A stretch of DNA of 64,000 nucleotides from the human T2T-CHM13v2.0 reference genome, Homo sapiens. The stretch lies in NCBI RefSeq assembly GCF_009914755.1, contig NC_060944.1; one strand, given 5' to 3'. Every line of letters begins with the position of its first letter. Position 1 is the first letter of the stretch. The notes below the pieces were generated by a model. It saw only the letters and a program-made list of their open reading frames with translations. It ran no database searches and was not told where the DNA came from. Shown here piece after piece: positions 15,707-28,810 of this stretch. The position numbers and the translations under genes are program-made.

Positions 15707-17296
15707 GTCTAGAGCAAGCAGTAACGGCCCTGAGCCTCAGGTCCTTATCTGTAAAATAAGGATGAGTGTGTGGACTAAATGAGGCAGTTCTTGTGGGAAA
15801 GCATCCAGTGGTGCTGAGTGTGGCACCAATGCTAATATTGGAGTTGCATTGCTGTTTCCAACACATTCCCTTCCACACTGAGTGCCAGGAGTCAGGTCCC
15901 CCTCCTCACCTGCAGCCAGTTGCCAGGAAGACGTGCTCTCTGCCCATGACTTCCCTCCTGCTCCAGGGGACTTCCCAAAGCCCTCACAGGGTAACCAGGG
16001 GCTCTGTCCTTCAGCCTGGCCACAACTCAGCCCAGGGCAGCAGGGCCTTGTGGACCACCTTCTTCAATGCCTTCTCTCTCTTAGTGGACACCTAATTAAT
16101 GCTGAAGGTCCAGAGGCCACCCTTGAGGGTAGCCCAGGTCCCCTGACACCCAAACCAAGCCTCTCTTCCCTCCCCTGAGTGCCCATTGGCAGATGGGTGG
16201 TGCCCAGGCTTGTTATCTGTGCAGAGACACATGCTCCATTTTCCAACTCCTCCCAGACCCCTGCCCCAGTCTACCCCAGACTTGGGAGGTTGCTAACTGT
16301 GTGCTAAGTGGTTTTCTCCCTCAGCTTCTGAGAGATTCTGGCACTTGCTTCGCTTCCCATCTCGTGGCTTCCCACTGGCCAGTAGGGTCCATTTCTGCAC
16401 CTGTGGCTCCCAAGAAGCTCTACCTTGTCATTGACCACTCTGCCCTCTCTGTCCAGTTCTTCTTCTGTCCCGTTCTTCTTCTGTCCCATCTGAGTGAGAC
16501 ATGCCCCTACAAGCAATGCCAGGGGCCATCAAGGAATCATCTGGAACACTTTGGAGACAAGGAACTCAGTCCCTCTTACTCACCTGTGATTCTGCCAGTG
16601 GGCAGTGCTGTAAGAACATGAGCACTGGAGTCATAGAAGACTGCCTTTTCTCTCTGCCCCTCTTGTGATTCTAGTGGCTACACGGCACATGTGAGGAAGC
16701 TGATTGCGAAGGCTATAAACTTGGTGTCCTAAGCTGGGGATTGCAGAGTAAAACCCACGAAGTGAGCAGCCTGATTGCCCAGCCTTCTGCAGTCACGCCT
16801 CATTAGGCACCCATTGGAGGGAAAAGTCAAACTAAAAACCAGAAAAGAAAGTGGCTTTGAGACGTTGCCTTTTTTTCCCTTAAAATGTACTTCTTGGATT
16901 GTGTTTCTTTATAGATGTAATCCTTCTCCCGCATTTTATTTGGGAAGGGGTTCATAATAGGAAGGAGTTGTTTTGAATTATATCAGTAAATATTCATGGA
17001 GAATAAAAGGAAATACTTTGGGATTATAAAAGACAGTGTGAACCTGATTAACAATGTGAACTTGATCTTGGGTGTGCTGGGCTGGTTTTAGGCTGTGATG
17101 CTTAGCACCTGGGTGACCTTCAATAATATTCGATTCCATCATCAAGAAGAAAGGTTTTTCATGAAGTTGAAATGTGTCCATGTGTATAAGAGAGCTTGAA
17201 AATTCCTAGCACTTGGGAGACTGTCGAGTAGGTCAGTCAGACCTGAATCTACAACATCAGAGAGGGTGTTTGATGGTATTTTTGGGGAAACCACAG

Positions 17297-17830
17297 ACTC
17301 ATTCATATGGAGTCAATAACTATCTCTTGGGCAGTATCAGTAGCTGTTATTTTAGGCACCTGAGATATGCCCAGGAACAAACCAGTGAAGACACTGCCTT
17401 CCTAGAGTTTACCTTCTAGTTACTAGGAAGGTGAGAGGAGGGGAGAAAAATATAATGAATGTAATAAATATGCCATTTATTTGGTATGTTAGTAGATGAT
17501 AAGTTCTCTAGAAAACAAAAGAAAAGGAAGGAGACAGCAGAGCAGGGTGGGGAGGATAGGTGTGCATGAGCAGGTGATGCAGGGGTGAGACTGATCAGCC
17601 TCACTGAGAAAGTGAGATTTCAGCAAGGACGTCATGGAGGTGAGGGAATTAGCTAAGTGGATACCCAAGAGAAGAGCTTTCCAGGAGAGGAGAGTGGGAG
17701 ATGGGGTGAAAGGGGTGTGTGTGAGTCACACAGATCTCTGTGAGTCTTTGAAAGATTTAGGCATCTAGCCTGGGTGGCATGGGAGCTGCTACAAATTGTG
17801 AGAGCCAGGCTGAGACAGACTTCATGGTGA
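17297..17830 (-). mobile_element. L2 3' fragment
   Basis: ctgccttcctagagtttaccttctagt...gcctcactgagaaagtgagatttcagcaaggac...gagctttccaggagagg. Confidence 0.75.
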
Positions 17831-18887
17831 GAACTGGTTGCAGGACTGAACTCTTCATCCTGAAAGGTAACAGCTCCAACTCAGACCATAGATGCAGGAT
17901 GCAGGGACCCCTGATCTCCTGAGGCTCTTCTACCCAGGCTCTGGGTGCTGCGGACCTGAGAGGACAAGTTGGTGCAGGAGTCCCACCTCCATGCTTCCTG
18001 GGCCCAGGGGATGCTGCACAGCCCAGTTTCTAGACCTTTCCTTCTGGTTCAGCTGCCTGACTCAACAACCTCCCAGGAGGCTTCCTTCAGGGGCTCCTTC
18101 TGGGTGAGTGTGGGGAAGAACAAGGACATAGATTATGCCCTGGGCAGGAAAAATGAACACAAATTCAGGGTATTGAGGAGGCATCTGAGAAGATGACCAC
18201 TGCGTACCCAGCATGGCCATCCCAAGCTAAATCTCAGGAGTGTGGACCTTGACTTGAAGACATCAAAGGTTATTGTAAGCAGTGCTCTCCGAAAATGGGA
18301 GTTCCCTGAGCTTTAGCAGATGTACCCTCCAGCTTTAGCATCCCAGGGACCCCGAGATCTTGAAACCCATTGCCCTTCAAGTATGGCTGGGAGCGTAGCA
18401 GGCTTTCAGAGACAAGGTAACCCGCTGGGGCAATATTTAAAGTCACACAAACTCTTTACAAGGTTTACACCTAGAACTCTAGGCTCTTATTAAGATTCAG
18501 AGTTCACAAATCCCCCAAATGTGAGGAAAGCAACTCAGAGACTCTCTCCTTGGCATGTTGAAGGTGTGTAACTAAAAGGTGCTGGGTGTTTCATGTAGGA
18601 GGTGGAAAGAATCATTGCATTGATTTGGATGAAGCCTCCTTCATTGAAAAATATCAAAATTTGCATGAAAGACTTTTGCTAAAGTAATAGCAATTGAAAT
18701 ATTCTTTGAAGTGCTCTGAATATAAATATAGAAACGCTCCCATGGAGACCTGCTCATACTGGCTTCTTGCCTTATCGCTGTCTCACTGGGTTCACTGTTA
18801 GCCTCAGAGGGGGTTATACAGTGTCTCAACCATACTGCCTTGGGCTGCCTAGCCTGTGTGTGAGGGGTGGAGGAGTCCTGAGTCTGG

Positions 18888-19075
18888 TTCTTTTTTTTCT
18901 TCCCTTTCCTTTCCTTCCTTCCTTTCCTTTACCTTTTCCCCTTCCTTCCTCCCTTCTTTCTCCCCTTCCCTCCTTCCTTCCTCCCTTCTTTCTCTCCTTC
19001 CCTCCTTCCTTCCTTCCCTCCTTCCTTCCATCCATCCGTCCGTCCATCAATCCATCCATCCATCCATCCTCCCTT
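18888..19075. repeat. Compound (CCTT)n/(CCAT)n microsatellite and polypyrimidine tract
   Basis: Directly visible; accounts for the low-complexity ORFs at 18767-19243. Confidence 0.95.
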
Positions 19076-19184
19076 TCTCACTGTGTTGCCCAGACTGGAT
19101 CTGAACTCCTGGGCTCAAGCAATCCTCCCACCTCAGTCTCCAGAGTAATTGGGACTACAGTCATGTGTGCCACCACGTCTGGCT
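19076..19184 (-). mobile_element. Alu monomer (FLAM-like)
   Basis: Single arm tctcactgtgttgcccagactgg...gaactcctgggctcaagcaatcctcccacctcag...ccaccacgtctggct. Confidence 0.88.
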
Positions 19185-20444
19185 TGGCTCTTTCATTTAA
19201 TGACAAACATTCTAGGGGCCCAGATTTTGCCTCCAAAGAATAAATAACTCATGAACCGTGAGAGCACTCCAACAAATGAGACTGTAAGAGAAGGAACGCA
19301 CTACCTGTCTCCAAATCTGGGTGCATCTGGAGAATTTTAATACCCTCTCTACCCTGAACCTATGCTTCGCAGGCTACTTCTCCCAGCTCCTGAACCACCA
19401 TTGCTGTTATAGAGTCAATGGTGCTGTGGGAACATATTCAATTGCTAAGAGGGCTGAATATATTAAGCCACAAAATAAAAATGAAAGGTGCCAGAGCTCA
19501 AAGGCCCAGAGATAGTGGGGGCCAGAGTTAGTCCCATTGCAGGCTGAAGAACACATCCTTTGAAGTGGGTGACAGGGGAGAAAATCAACACCCAAACAAA
19601 GAGAAAAGCCAGCGTGCAGAAAGGAGGATGGGGCAGACACACTTAAGGAAGCAAGAAGCAGAGACAATGGGGAAGAGAAAAGGAAGAGAAGCCTGGGTAT
19701 CGGGTTTCCAATTGTATGTCCATGATGCCAAATCATTTTTCATCCCCTGCTCAAGATTTTCTGTAAGGCAATTTGAGCTATTTTGAGGGATGTTGTGTTT
19801 TTAGAAAGTATATTTCCCTGATGAGAACATCTCACCTAAGTGAACACCTCATCTGGATCTTCAATCTTTTCCTTGCTCTTTCCTCAGCAAAATGCCAAGA
19901 GATGCTGGCTCCCCTAGCTCAGTAGCTGCCTTCATGTCCCCTCCTCTCTCTGTGTCCAGGTCCATGCTTACCCATCCCAATCCTGTAACCCGTGTGTTAT
20001 GAGCCATGGATTCATCCAAAGTGCAGACTCCAAACCACACTAACTCATATGGGTATCTGGTGCTCCCCAAGGCAGCACAGCTTGTCCAAGAAGTGGAACT
20101 GAATGTCAATGCCTTCATTTCACTGCCATGTAACTCCCTGGGGGAAACAGCCCAGGAAGCAGCTGTGTGGGCTGATAAGGGCTTCTCTGCCTTGTCGGAA
20201 TCCTCAGGCACCAGCTCCAGATAACGGCCAGCGACAGGAGTCAGTACCTGTGCCAGGTGTCAAGCCTTCCCCTTGAGCTACACAAACTCTCAGGTATACC
20301 ATGCTGCCCTGCCTGGACATGTCCCTGGCAGAGGGGTGGGCCTTTTCATCAGAGGACGGGCTACGTTTTTCCTTGCTACACTCAAGAACGGTAGGAGCCC
20401 TTACTCACTTCTTGTCAAAAGCAGGAGGCAACTGTCTTCAGTGA

Positions 20445-20640
20445 TTAACAATGTAAGCCACTTACTAGCTTTGAGACTTTGGGCAAGGTGCTTAGCATCT
20501 TGGTACCCTGATTTTCTCTTCTGTTAAATGGAGACAATGATGTCCCTTTCTTATAGGTCAGAATGGGGAATAACTGAGATAATACTTGTAAAGCCCCTAT
20601 AACAGTGCCTGGACATAATAAGCACTGGATAAACACAATC
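20445..20640 (+). mobile_element. MIR
   Basis: gccacttactagctttgagactttgggcaagg...aacagtgcctggacataataagcact. Confidence 0.82.
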
Positions 20641-22173
20641 TATCCTTACTGTTAAGACATTAAAGTTCTTCAATAGTTTTCCATTGGTCTTAGGATAAAA
20701 GCAACCATCTATACTGTGGCCTGAAGATCACACATGGTCTTGCCCTGGTTGCTGTTACTCCCACATCATCTCACTGATTTTGCACTCAAACCACATTTGC
20801 CTCCTCCCTACCCCAGGTACTGGCCCTACATCTTTCACCAGAGGTTCTGGCCATGCTGTTCCCTCACTACAGCATGATTTTCCACCCTCTCTTGGTTTGG
20901 TTAACACCTCTTCCTTCAGTTCTGAGCTCTATTGTTATTTACTTGGGCAAACCTTCCCTGCTCAAGTCCAATGTGCCACAATGGCTTTTAAAGGACAAGA
21001 ACCATGATTTTGCACAACTTGCAGGAGCATTGTTCACACCATAACAATGGGGATGGTGACCTCTGGAGTGGTACAGAACAGCAGCCCCATAGGGCAGTGG
21101 TTTCAGCCAGAGGTAAAACCTGACCATGGGGCCAGGATCTGTACCACTGGTCGGTGAAGGAATAAGGACATCCAAAAGGCACCATCCTGTGCCAACATTT
21201 TCTTTGTGACTCAGAGTCAAAGCACTGATTATTTGGTCTTATGTCTCACATTGCTTCTTCTACCATCTTCCCACTATCATCTTAACATCTGCTGCCAAAG
21301 CACCACTTACAGAGAACACACTAAGAAAAAGCAACTGACACTCTACTTCAAGCCCTCTCCTGCAGCTACTTCTGAAGCAAATATTACTCATGCAATTTCA
21401 CATTTATCTGTTTATCTGATTAATATTTTCCACTCAGACAAGACTCTAAGCAACACACACAAAAGGGCCATGTTGGCTCTGGTGATTGTAGTATCCTTAG
21501 CACCTAAAACAAAGAGTAGATCCTCAATAGATATTTGTTGCATGAATAAATAAGCTCCAGTTTCAGTGCCCAGGGCTGTTCTCCAGCCCCAAATTGCCAA
21601 GCCCAGTGCCTGAAATTCTACCACTATATCATATATTTGAGCCCAGTCCCTGGTTCAAGGGAAGAAATGTTAAGAACCTCAACTACACTGGCTGGTAATT
21701 TCAGAATCAGTCCTTTCATCAAGGGGGCATTATCAGTTGTGTCCAGGTGAGCTGCTAAATTGTAGTCTTTCTACCCCTGTCCAGTTGAACTAGGGAGTAA
21801 GACTGGGGTCACCTTAGAGGGATCATATGGCAGGTGGTTGGGGCTGAGTCTCCATGTAGGTTGGTCCAGAATGTAGTCAGGACATCAGCAGTTTTAGCAA
21901 GACTTCTCTACTCCTAGGATGTTTATGCAGCTAGTCTTCAGGCTATTTTGGGTACTGGGGGGAGAGTGGAGTCACCCTGTATCAAGAGACTCCAAACATT
22001 CCTTACTTCCCTAATATCCAAGATGTAATAAAAGCATGAAGAGTCCAACCTTCAAAGATGAGAAGATCCATCAGCCCTTGGCTATGTTTCCAAGTGAAGG
22101 GAGACAATTAAAGACAGAGGAGCAAGACAGTTGGTCAGAAAATAGGGGTTCTGGACTGGAAAGTGACTGTTAA

Positions 22174-22517
<344 letters not shown>

Positions 22518-22552
22518 TGATAAAGGGTTTTTAATTCAATTTAGAGGATATT

Positions 22553-22890
22553 TGCTAAAGTTTGAATGTCCCCCCAAATTCATACGTTGAAACCTAACTC
22601 TGAAAAAGATAATATTAAAAGGTGGGACCTTTGGGAGGGCAGAACTGTCAGGAAAAGGATTAGCGCCCTTATAAAAGAGACCCCAGAGTGACACCTTTCC
22701 TTTTTCACCATGTGAGGATGCAGCATGAAGTTTGCCATCTACGAGAAAGAGAACCCACCCCAGACACCTAACTTGCTGGCAATTTAATCTTGGACCTCCC
22801 AGCCTCCAGAACTGCAAGAAAAAATTTCTGTTCTTTATAAGTTATCCTGTGTGTGGTATTTTGTTACAGCCACCTGAATGGACTAAAACA
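22553..22890 (+). mobile_element. MLT1A-type MaLR solo LTR
   Basis: TG...CA ends; ttgaatgtcccccaaattcatacgttgaaacc...cagcctccagaactg...gaatggactaaaaca. Confidence 0.88.
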
Positions 22891-22994
22891 ATGTCTAACT
22901 AAAATATAACAAAACACAGAGGCTTCTGCCACATCCTAGGCAGGAAGAAATGACAGGGATCTCAGTGAAATAGGGCCTATGGAGGACACGCACA

Positions 22995-23200
22995 TTTTGC
23001 TGAGTACCTACTGTGTGCCTAGCATTTCACTAGGCTCTGCAGTATACATTGCGTTATTTACTTTGCAGAGTAACACCAGGAGTGAAGTACCACCCTTCCA
23101 ACTTTACTGCTGAGGAGACAGGCTCAGAGAGGGTGAGTGACTTAGTCAAGGTCATGGAACTAATGGTATGCTGCCAGGCTGGGCTCTGGCTTCTGTTCAA
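22995..23200 (-). mobile_element. MIR
   Basis: ctgagtacctactgtgtgcc...gaggagacaggctcagagagggtgagtgacttagtcaaggtca. Confidence 0.78.
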
Positions 23201-24399
23201 AGAGTGACAGCCTTGTAAGTGTCACCAAAGGAAGCATTTTGAGGACAGAGTTGCAGAACTATCAGTTCATAAATATTCATTTTTAATCCTTATTTTCAGG
23301 CAGAAGCTTGTGCTTTCTAAATATTTAGATTTTTTATTTGTAAACTGACAGGATCCTATCATTGACAAGAACTCTCAGAGGGAACAGAATCCACTCCTTT
23401 TTGATTGTCACATCCCCAAATGACCTGTCTCCCGCATGGATGCATCTAACAGCCTTTGATGCTAGCAGTGGCCAGCAGCAGCAACCTCAGACTATAAATG
23501 AACCTGTTGATACCAATATGAATTCGCAGTTGTAATAATAGAGATTATGGACATACATATAGAGGCGTCTCATTCGCAATGACTTGACCCTGACCACAAT
23601 TCTGTGTAGCATGCAGAACGGTGTGACACCATGTGCAGGGAGGAGAGGAAAGCTGTGGATATACCAAAACCAGAGAATGAAAGGTCAGATTTCACATGCA
23701 CACTGTTTGAGTCCAAGTCCAGCTCTCCTTGCCCTGTACCACCCTACAGTTCATGAATCCCAGAATGGGTCACCAGTAAGACCTGCATCAGGAACCACAG
23801 GTCAAAGATGCCAATGAAGCACCTCACAGCATGAGTCATGCAGGAACCAGGCGGAGAACCTGAGCTGAGGCCAGAGGGTGCTGGGGTGGGGTCTGTCACC
23901 CTGTTTGGGAACTGGGGGCTCCAGGGAGGTGGGAGCAGAGAGGGCAAGTGACAGTCTAGGAGGCAGAACAGGTGCAAGTCAGCACCTCTAACCCCTAACA
24001 TCTAAATAAAAAAGCAATGACCTCAGTGTGTTTCAGTGTCTGCCAGCTGCAGGGAAATGTGGCAGTTTCCCTGAGCAGAGAGCATCACTGCCATAGCCCA
24101 TCTGTCTCACTCTCAACACCAGCTCTTTCTTCTCAAGAACTTTTCAGAGGCAGGGTCTGCTGCCCTCTGAGGTTCAAGGAAAAGGTCAGGTGTGGTCTGT
24201 GGACAAGGGGAAACCTCATTAAATCAAGTGTCAAACGTAAAATAAATAAAGCCACACATTTATTAGAAGTAAATAGCTGTGGCTAGTTGTTTGATCTCTG
24301 GTCTGGACTTTTTAAACACGCAAGTAAATGAAGAAAATGTACCTTAATAAACCCAGTGATAGAGTTTAAAAATCATACGGTAATAATGTTAAAACTTAC

Positions 24400-25040
24400 A
24401 ATCAAATAATATTAAAGGGAAACAACAAAATGAAAAATACATAAACATATATGGCAGAGAAAGTCAATATTTTCAAATATGAAAAAGCTCTTACAAATCA
24501 ATAAAAAAGAAGAACATGCAAATAGAAAAACAATGATAAATGACATGAACAGGAAATTCACCAAGATACATATTACCAATGGGGGGAAAAGAGATTCCAC
24601 CTCACCAGAAATCAAATACTTGCAAGTTTATATTAGATATCTAGGTTTGCTTTTCTAAACAGTAAAGATAATTTAAAATGATAATACAGAGTGTTGCTGG
24701 AGTGAGAGTTTCATGCATTGCTGATGGGGTTTTATATATCTTTTGGGGTTAATCTCATGGCTGGAAGCTTCTTACAAGAAGTTAGTAACAACTAGAATCT
24801 GACACAGAGAGCAGAATCACAGCAAAACAAAACCAATAACCAAAAACAAAATTATAGACCAGCATATCAACTTTAAAAGAATAATATACTATTACAAATA
24901 AGAATCTATTCCAGAAATTCCACCAGGATTATTGTAATTAACATTCGACCAAAGTAATTACCTTTAGCCATAGCTTGAAGTTAATCCCAAAGACTCCAAA
25001 ATGTATTTGACAAAATTCAATATCAATTTCTAAAGAAAAA
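24400..25040 (+). mobile_element. Degenerate L1M fragments
   Basis: aagctcttacaaatcaataaaaaa...gacatgaacaggaaattcacc; tatttgacaaaattcaatatcaatt. Confidence 0.65.
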
Positions 25041-25233
25041 GTAATGTATTTGTAATTGGGGTGTGTGTGTCGGGGGGACAGGGAAAGTCTTTCTTAATGG
25101 AAGGGGACAGTCATGTCTGTGTTATATCCAACAATCCTTTACTGACTGCCCATCAGGTGGCAAGGATACAAGGAAGAGTGAGACACAGTCTCTGCCCTCA
25201 GAGAGGTTACATTCTACTAGGAAAGACAAGGGG

Positions 25234-25588
25234 TGCCACGGTGTAAATTTGAACCCTACTGAATTCATGTTCAAACTTAATTCCCATTGTGGTGGCTCTA
25301 GGAGGTGAGGCCTCTGGGGAAGTGATTAAACCAGGATGGTTTTGCCATCGTAAAAGGCTACAGGGAACTAGCTTAGGCCCTTTTTTGCCCTTCAGCCTTC
25401 TGCCATATGAGGACATGGCATTCAAAGTGTCCTCTTGGAAGAAGGGACTAGGCCCTCACCAGACACCAAACCTGCCCCCCTGGATCCGGGCTTCCCAGCC
25501 TCCTAGAAGTTTGAGAAATATATTTCTGTTCTTTATTAATTACCCAGTCCATGGTATTCTGTTATAACAGAACAAAGGAACTAAGAGA
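25234..25588 (+). mobile_element. MST-type (MSTC-like) MaLR solo LTR inside an L2 remnant
   Basis: aattcatgttcaaacttaattccc...ggccctcaccagacaccaaacctg...aattacccagtccatggtattctgttataac. Confidence 0.83.
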
Positions 25589-28574
25589 GGTGGTAACCAA
25601 GTAAACCGATAAATAAATGAGATATAGATAGATGGATGGATAGATAGGCAGATTTTCTTTATTTAAACATAAAAGGAAGTGAATGATAGATGCTATGAAG
25701 AAAAGCAGGGTGAAGGCTTATAGAATGATTGACAGTCAATTTCATTTTTAGTAGTGAAAGTCAGGACAGTCCCATTAAAGCAAAAAACAAAGAAGGGGGT
25801 GCCTGCTCAGAACATTAGTGTTCAACATTGCTATCAGAATACAAGCAATCAGAATTAAACAAACAAACAACCACCATAACCAATAAAGCAGCATGGGAGG
25901 ATATAAAGATAGCAAAATTCTTTGGGAAAAAAATGTGGAAGCTCTACAAATTAAAATAGTTCCAGAATCCAAAGGCTGAATTTTGCCAACAGCAAATGAT
26001 CACAGTGGATGGGGAAAATTGCATCCCCAATTACGTGAGAAAACTGTGATGAACGGGACTAAAAAGATACGAGCTTGCCGGATGAAAGATGGAAACGCTC
26101 CACCCTGCAGGGGAGAAATAGCAATCCTATGTTCCCACAGCAGAAAGGAGAGACATTCTACAGTTGATTCAGTACAAAACTGTCTCAGAAATGTCATCGG
26201 GAAAGAATCTTCTCACACTGGCTGACCCTCACCACACTCTCAAGAGTCTCATATTAAGGAATACTCTCCCTGAGAGAACTTCTCCAAAGCATGTTCCCTC
26301 TCCAGGCCACAGCTGGTTGCACTCTATGACAGTGATCAATGGCTCCATTGCGGAGACATGTCTTCTGTTCCATTCCTGTGACCAGACAGTCCAGTTGCCT
26401 TTCTGGAAAAGAAATGCCACAGGGCTCCTGACCACAGCATAACAGGCTCTCTGGGGAGAAGTTCACAGCCAGACCCTAACCCTCACCCCAAGAACCTCAC
26501 CCTTTCCATGGCCCCTTCTGAAAGGGAAGATTCAGGAGGTACAATGGTGAAAAGCTCAGACTTGGGTGTTGGGCGGATATCAGCAGTGTTCATGACATGA
26601 AATGGGAGTAAGAAGCTCCTAAGCAGATTGAGGCAAAGAATTCCAGACAGAAGGAGCAGCTCAAGGAAAGATCCCCAGCCACAAAAGCCTGGGGAGTACG
26701 AAAAAATGGTGACAAATTCTGGGTGATCGAGTCTATAGTGGGGGAGATGAGCAAGAGTAGTGAATTGGGGTCAGATTGCAAAGGGTCTTGAAAGGCGCGA
26801 TAAGGAAGTCAAGCTTCACAAAACTGTGGGATGCCAGCTGTGGAATTAAACCAGAGACTGACGTTATCATATTTCCCCTTTTAAAGAAAGCACACACGGG
26901 TGATAGTTTGGATCGTGTAAAGAGAAGCTACATAGAAAGAGAGGGAGCAAGGCTGTCAGATGCGTGTCTTTTGGTTCATATTGCAATTACCTCCGTCCTT
27001 TGATAACTTGGATAAATGCCATTTTCACCACTCTGTTTCCTTCTCAGCAAAGCGATGCATTTCACCTGTGCTTGAAGAACCTTTGCAGAAACATTCAGGG
27101 GCAATAGAAGTCAGGCACTGGGTGGAGTTGCCCACAGAAGAGAGAAAAGCAAGGGAGATCTGCCTGTGAGCCCAAGTGGACCCCTGAGCTCAGGGTACAT
27201 GCTAACTCCAGAAATCCTCAAGTCTAATGCTCCTCCAACAAGTGGTTTATTCCTAGAAGGTAAAGATGCCCAAAACGTGGTGGTCCCTCTGGGCAAACAC
27301 CGGTCATTGCCCCTGATTGCACTCCCCCAACACAAATGTATGCATGCATAAACCAGTGTTTTGCAAGCTTTAACTTACGACCAAACTGAACTCTGATTCA
27401 GTAGATTGGGCTGGGGCCTGAGATTCTGCATTTCAAACACATTCCCAGGAGATTCTGATGCTGTTGTTAATTGGTGGATCCTACATGGTGTAACGAGGTT
27501 CTAAACACCAATAGACTTTCAGCTGCAAGCTCTTTGTCTCAATTTCAAAGTACCACTGACCTCAACCTAAAACCTCAACCTAACAAACGACCTCAACCTA
27601 AAATCCTGTGCTTCCGGTTGTGAGCCTTGTGACTGTGGAGGAGGCATTTCCTAGCGCTGAGCCTCAGTTCGCCACCTCTGTAAATTGCCTGTGGAAGACA
27701 TGGCTTTGGAGGACAGAAAAGAAAAGTGAAGGAAGAGAAAGATGAAGCCAGAGTGAAGTGGTAGCATTAGTGCTGTGATTCACAAAAATAACACTATAGG
27801 AAGAACCTGGATGATAGTATTCTGAATACAGCAGCAGCACCAATAGAGTAGCAGTAGTAAAAATAGCATCATTATAACTAATAGTGCAGAAATAGTACTA
27901 GGGGTCCTACCCAGAGGAGGACTGATTATTTCAGAGGCAGAGGTTGGGGCAGAATAGAAGGCTTAACAGATGTGGTACATCTCACTGGTTGAGAATTCAG
28001 ATTCTGGAGCCAAACCGACATTTGATGAAATGAAGTGTGTATTGAAAACAGCACAGCAACCCCCACAGAGTAGGGGAAAGAATGTAAGATCCCCAAGGAG
28101 AGGGACCGTGATGGTCTTGCTCAGCATTGCATTCCTGGTGCCTAGGACAGCGGGAGGCACCAGATAAACATCTCTTAAATATATTAGGAGTCTTTGATTC
28201 TTTTTCTGTTCTCAGATACCTACTGACTGTATGATTCTGAGATCACACCTCTCTTCTTGGCTTCAATTCTTTCATCTCGAAAAGTCAGGATTTGGGCTGT
28301 GTGGCACCAAAGATGCTTTCCAGTTCCTGTGTTTTCTCTCCTGATGCCCTATTTTACTCTTCCTTTGCAACCTGATAGTATCTTTTTTGGTTAATTGTTC
28401 ACTCATTTTCTGTCTCCCCACTAGACCGAGTTCTCCAATGTGGGAATCTAAGTTGCCATCTTGCACAACCCTGTAATCCCAAAACTTGGCACAAAACCTG
28501 AGGCATATCTCAGTGAGTATCTGTCGAATGAACAAAGGAATGAACAAGCTCTATTTTCTTAAGATCACTGGAGG

Positions 28575-28810
28575 CAGCATTGTGCCACGGTTAAGATACG
28601 GGCTCTAGGTTCAGACTGCCTATATTTGAATATTGATTCCTCCAGTTACCAGTTTTATGACCTGCAAATTATTTAACTTCCTGAGGCTCAGTTTCCTCAT
28701 CTGTAGAGCGCAGATACTAATGGTATCCCCTTCACAGGATTTTGAAATGATTAAATAATTCATGCAAAGCTGTTAAAATAGTTCTGACATGTAGTAAGCA
28801 TTCAATACTT
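28575..28810 (+). mobile_element. MIR, near full length
   Basis: ggttaagatacgggctctagg...ctcagtttcctcatctgta...gacatgtagtaagcattcaata. Confidence 0.88.

Noticed and set aside
18767-19243. Longest ORF (158 aa) and overlapping G/R/K/E-rich ORFs
   Set aside because: Translation of a microsatellite plus an Alu monomer.
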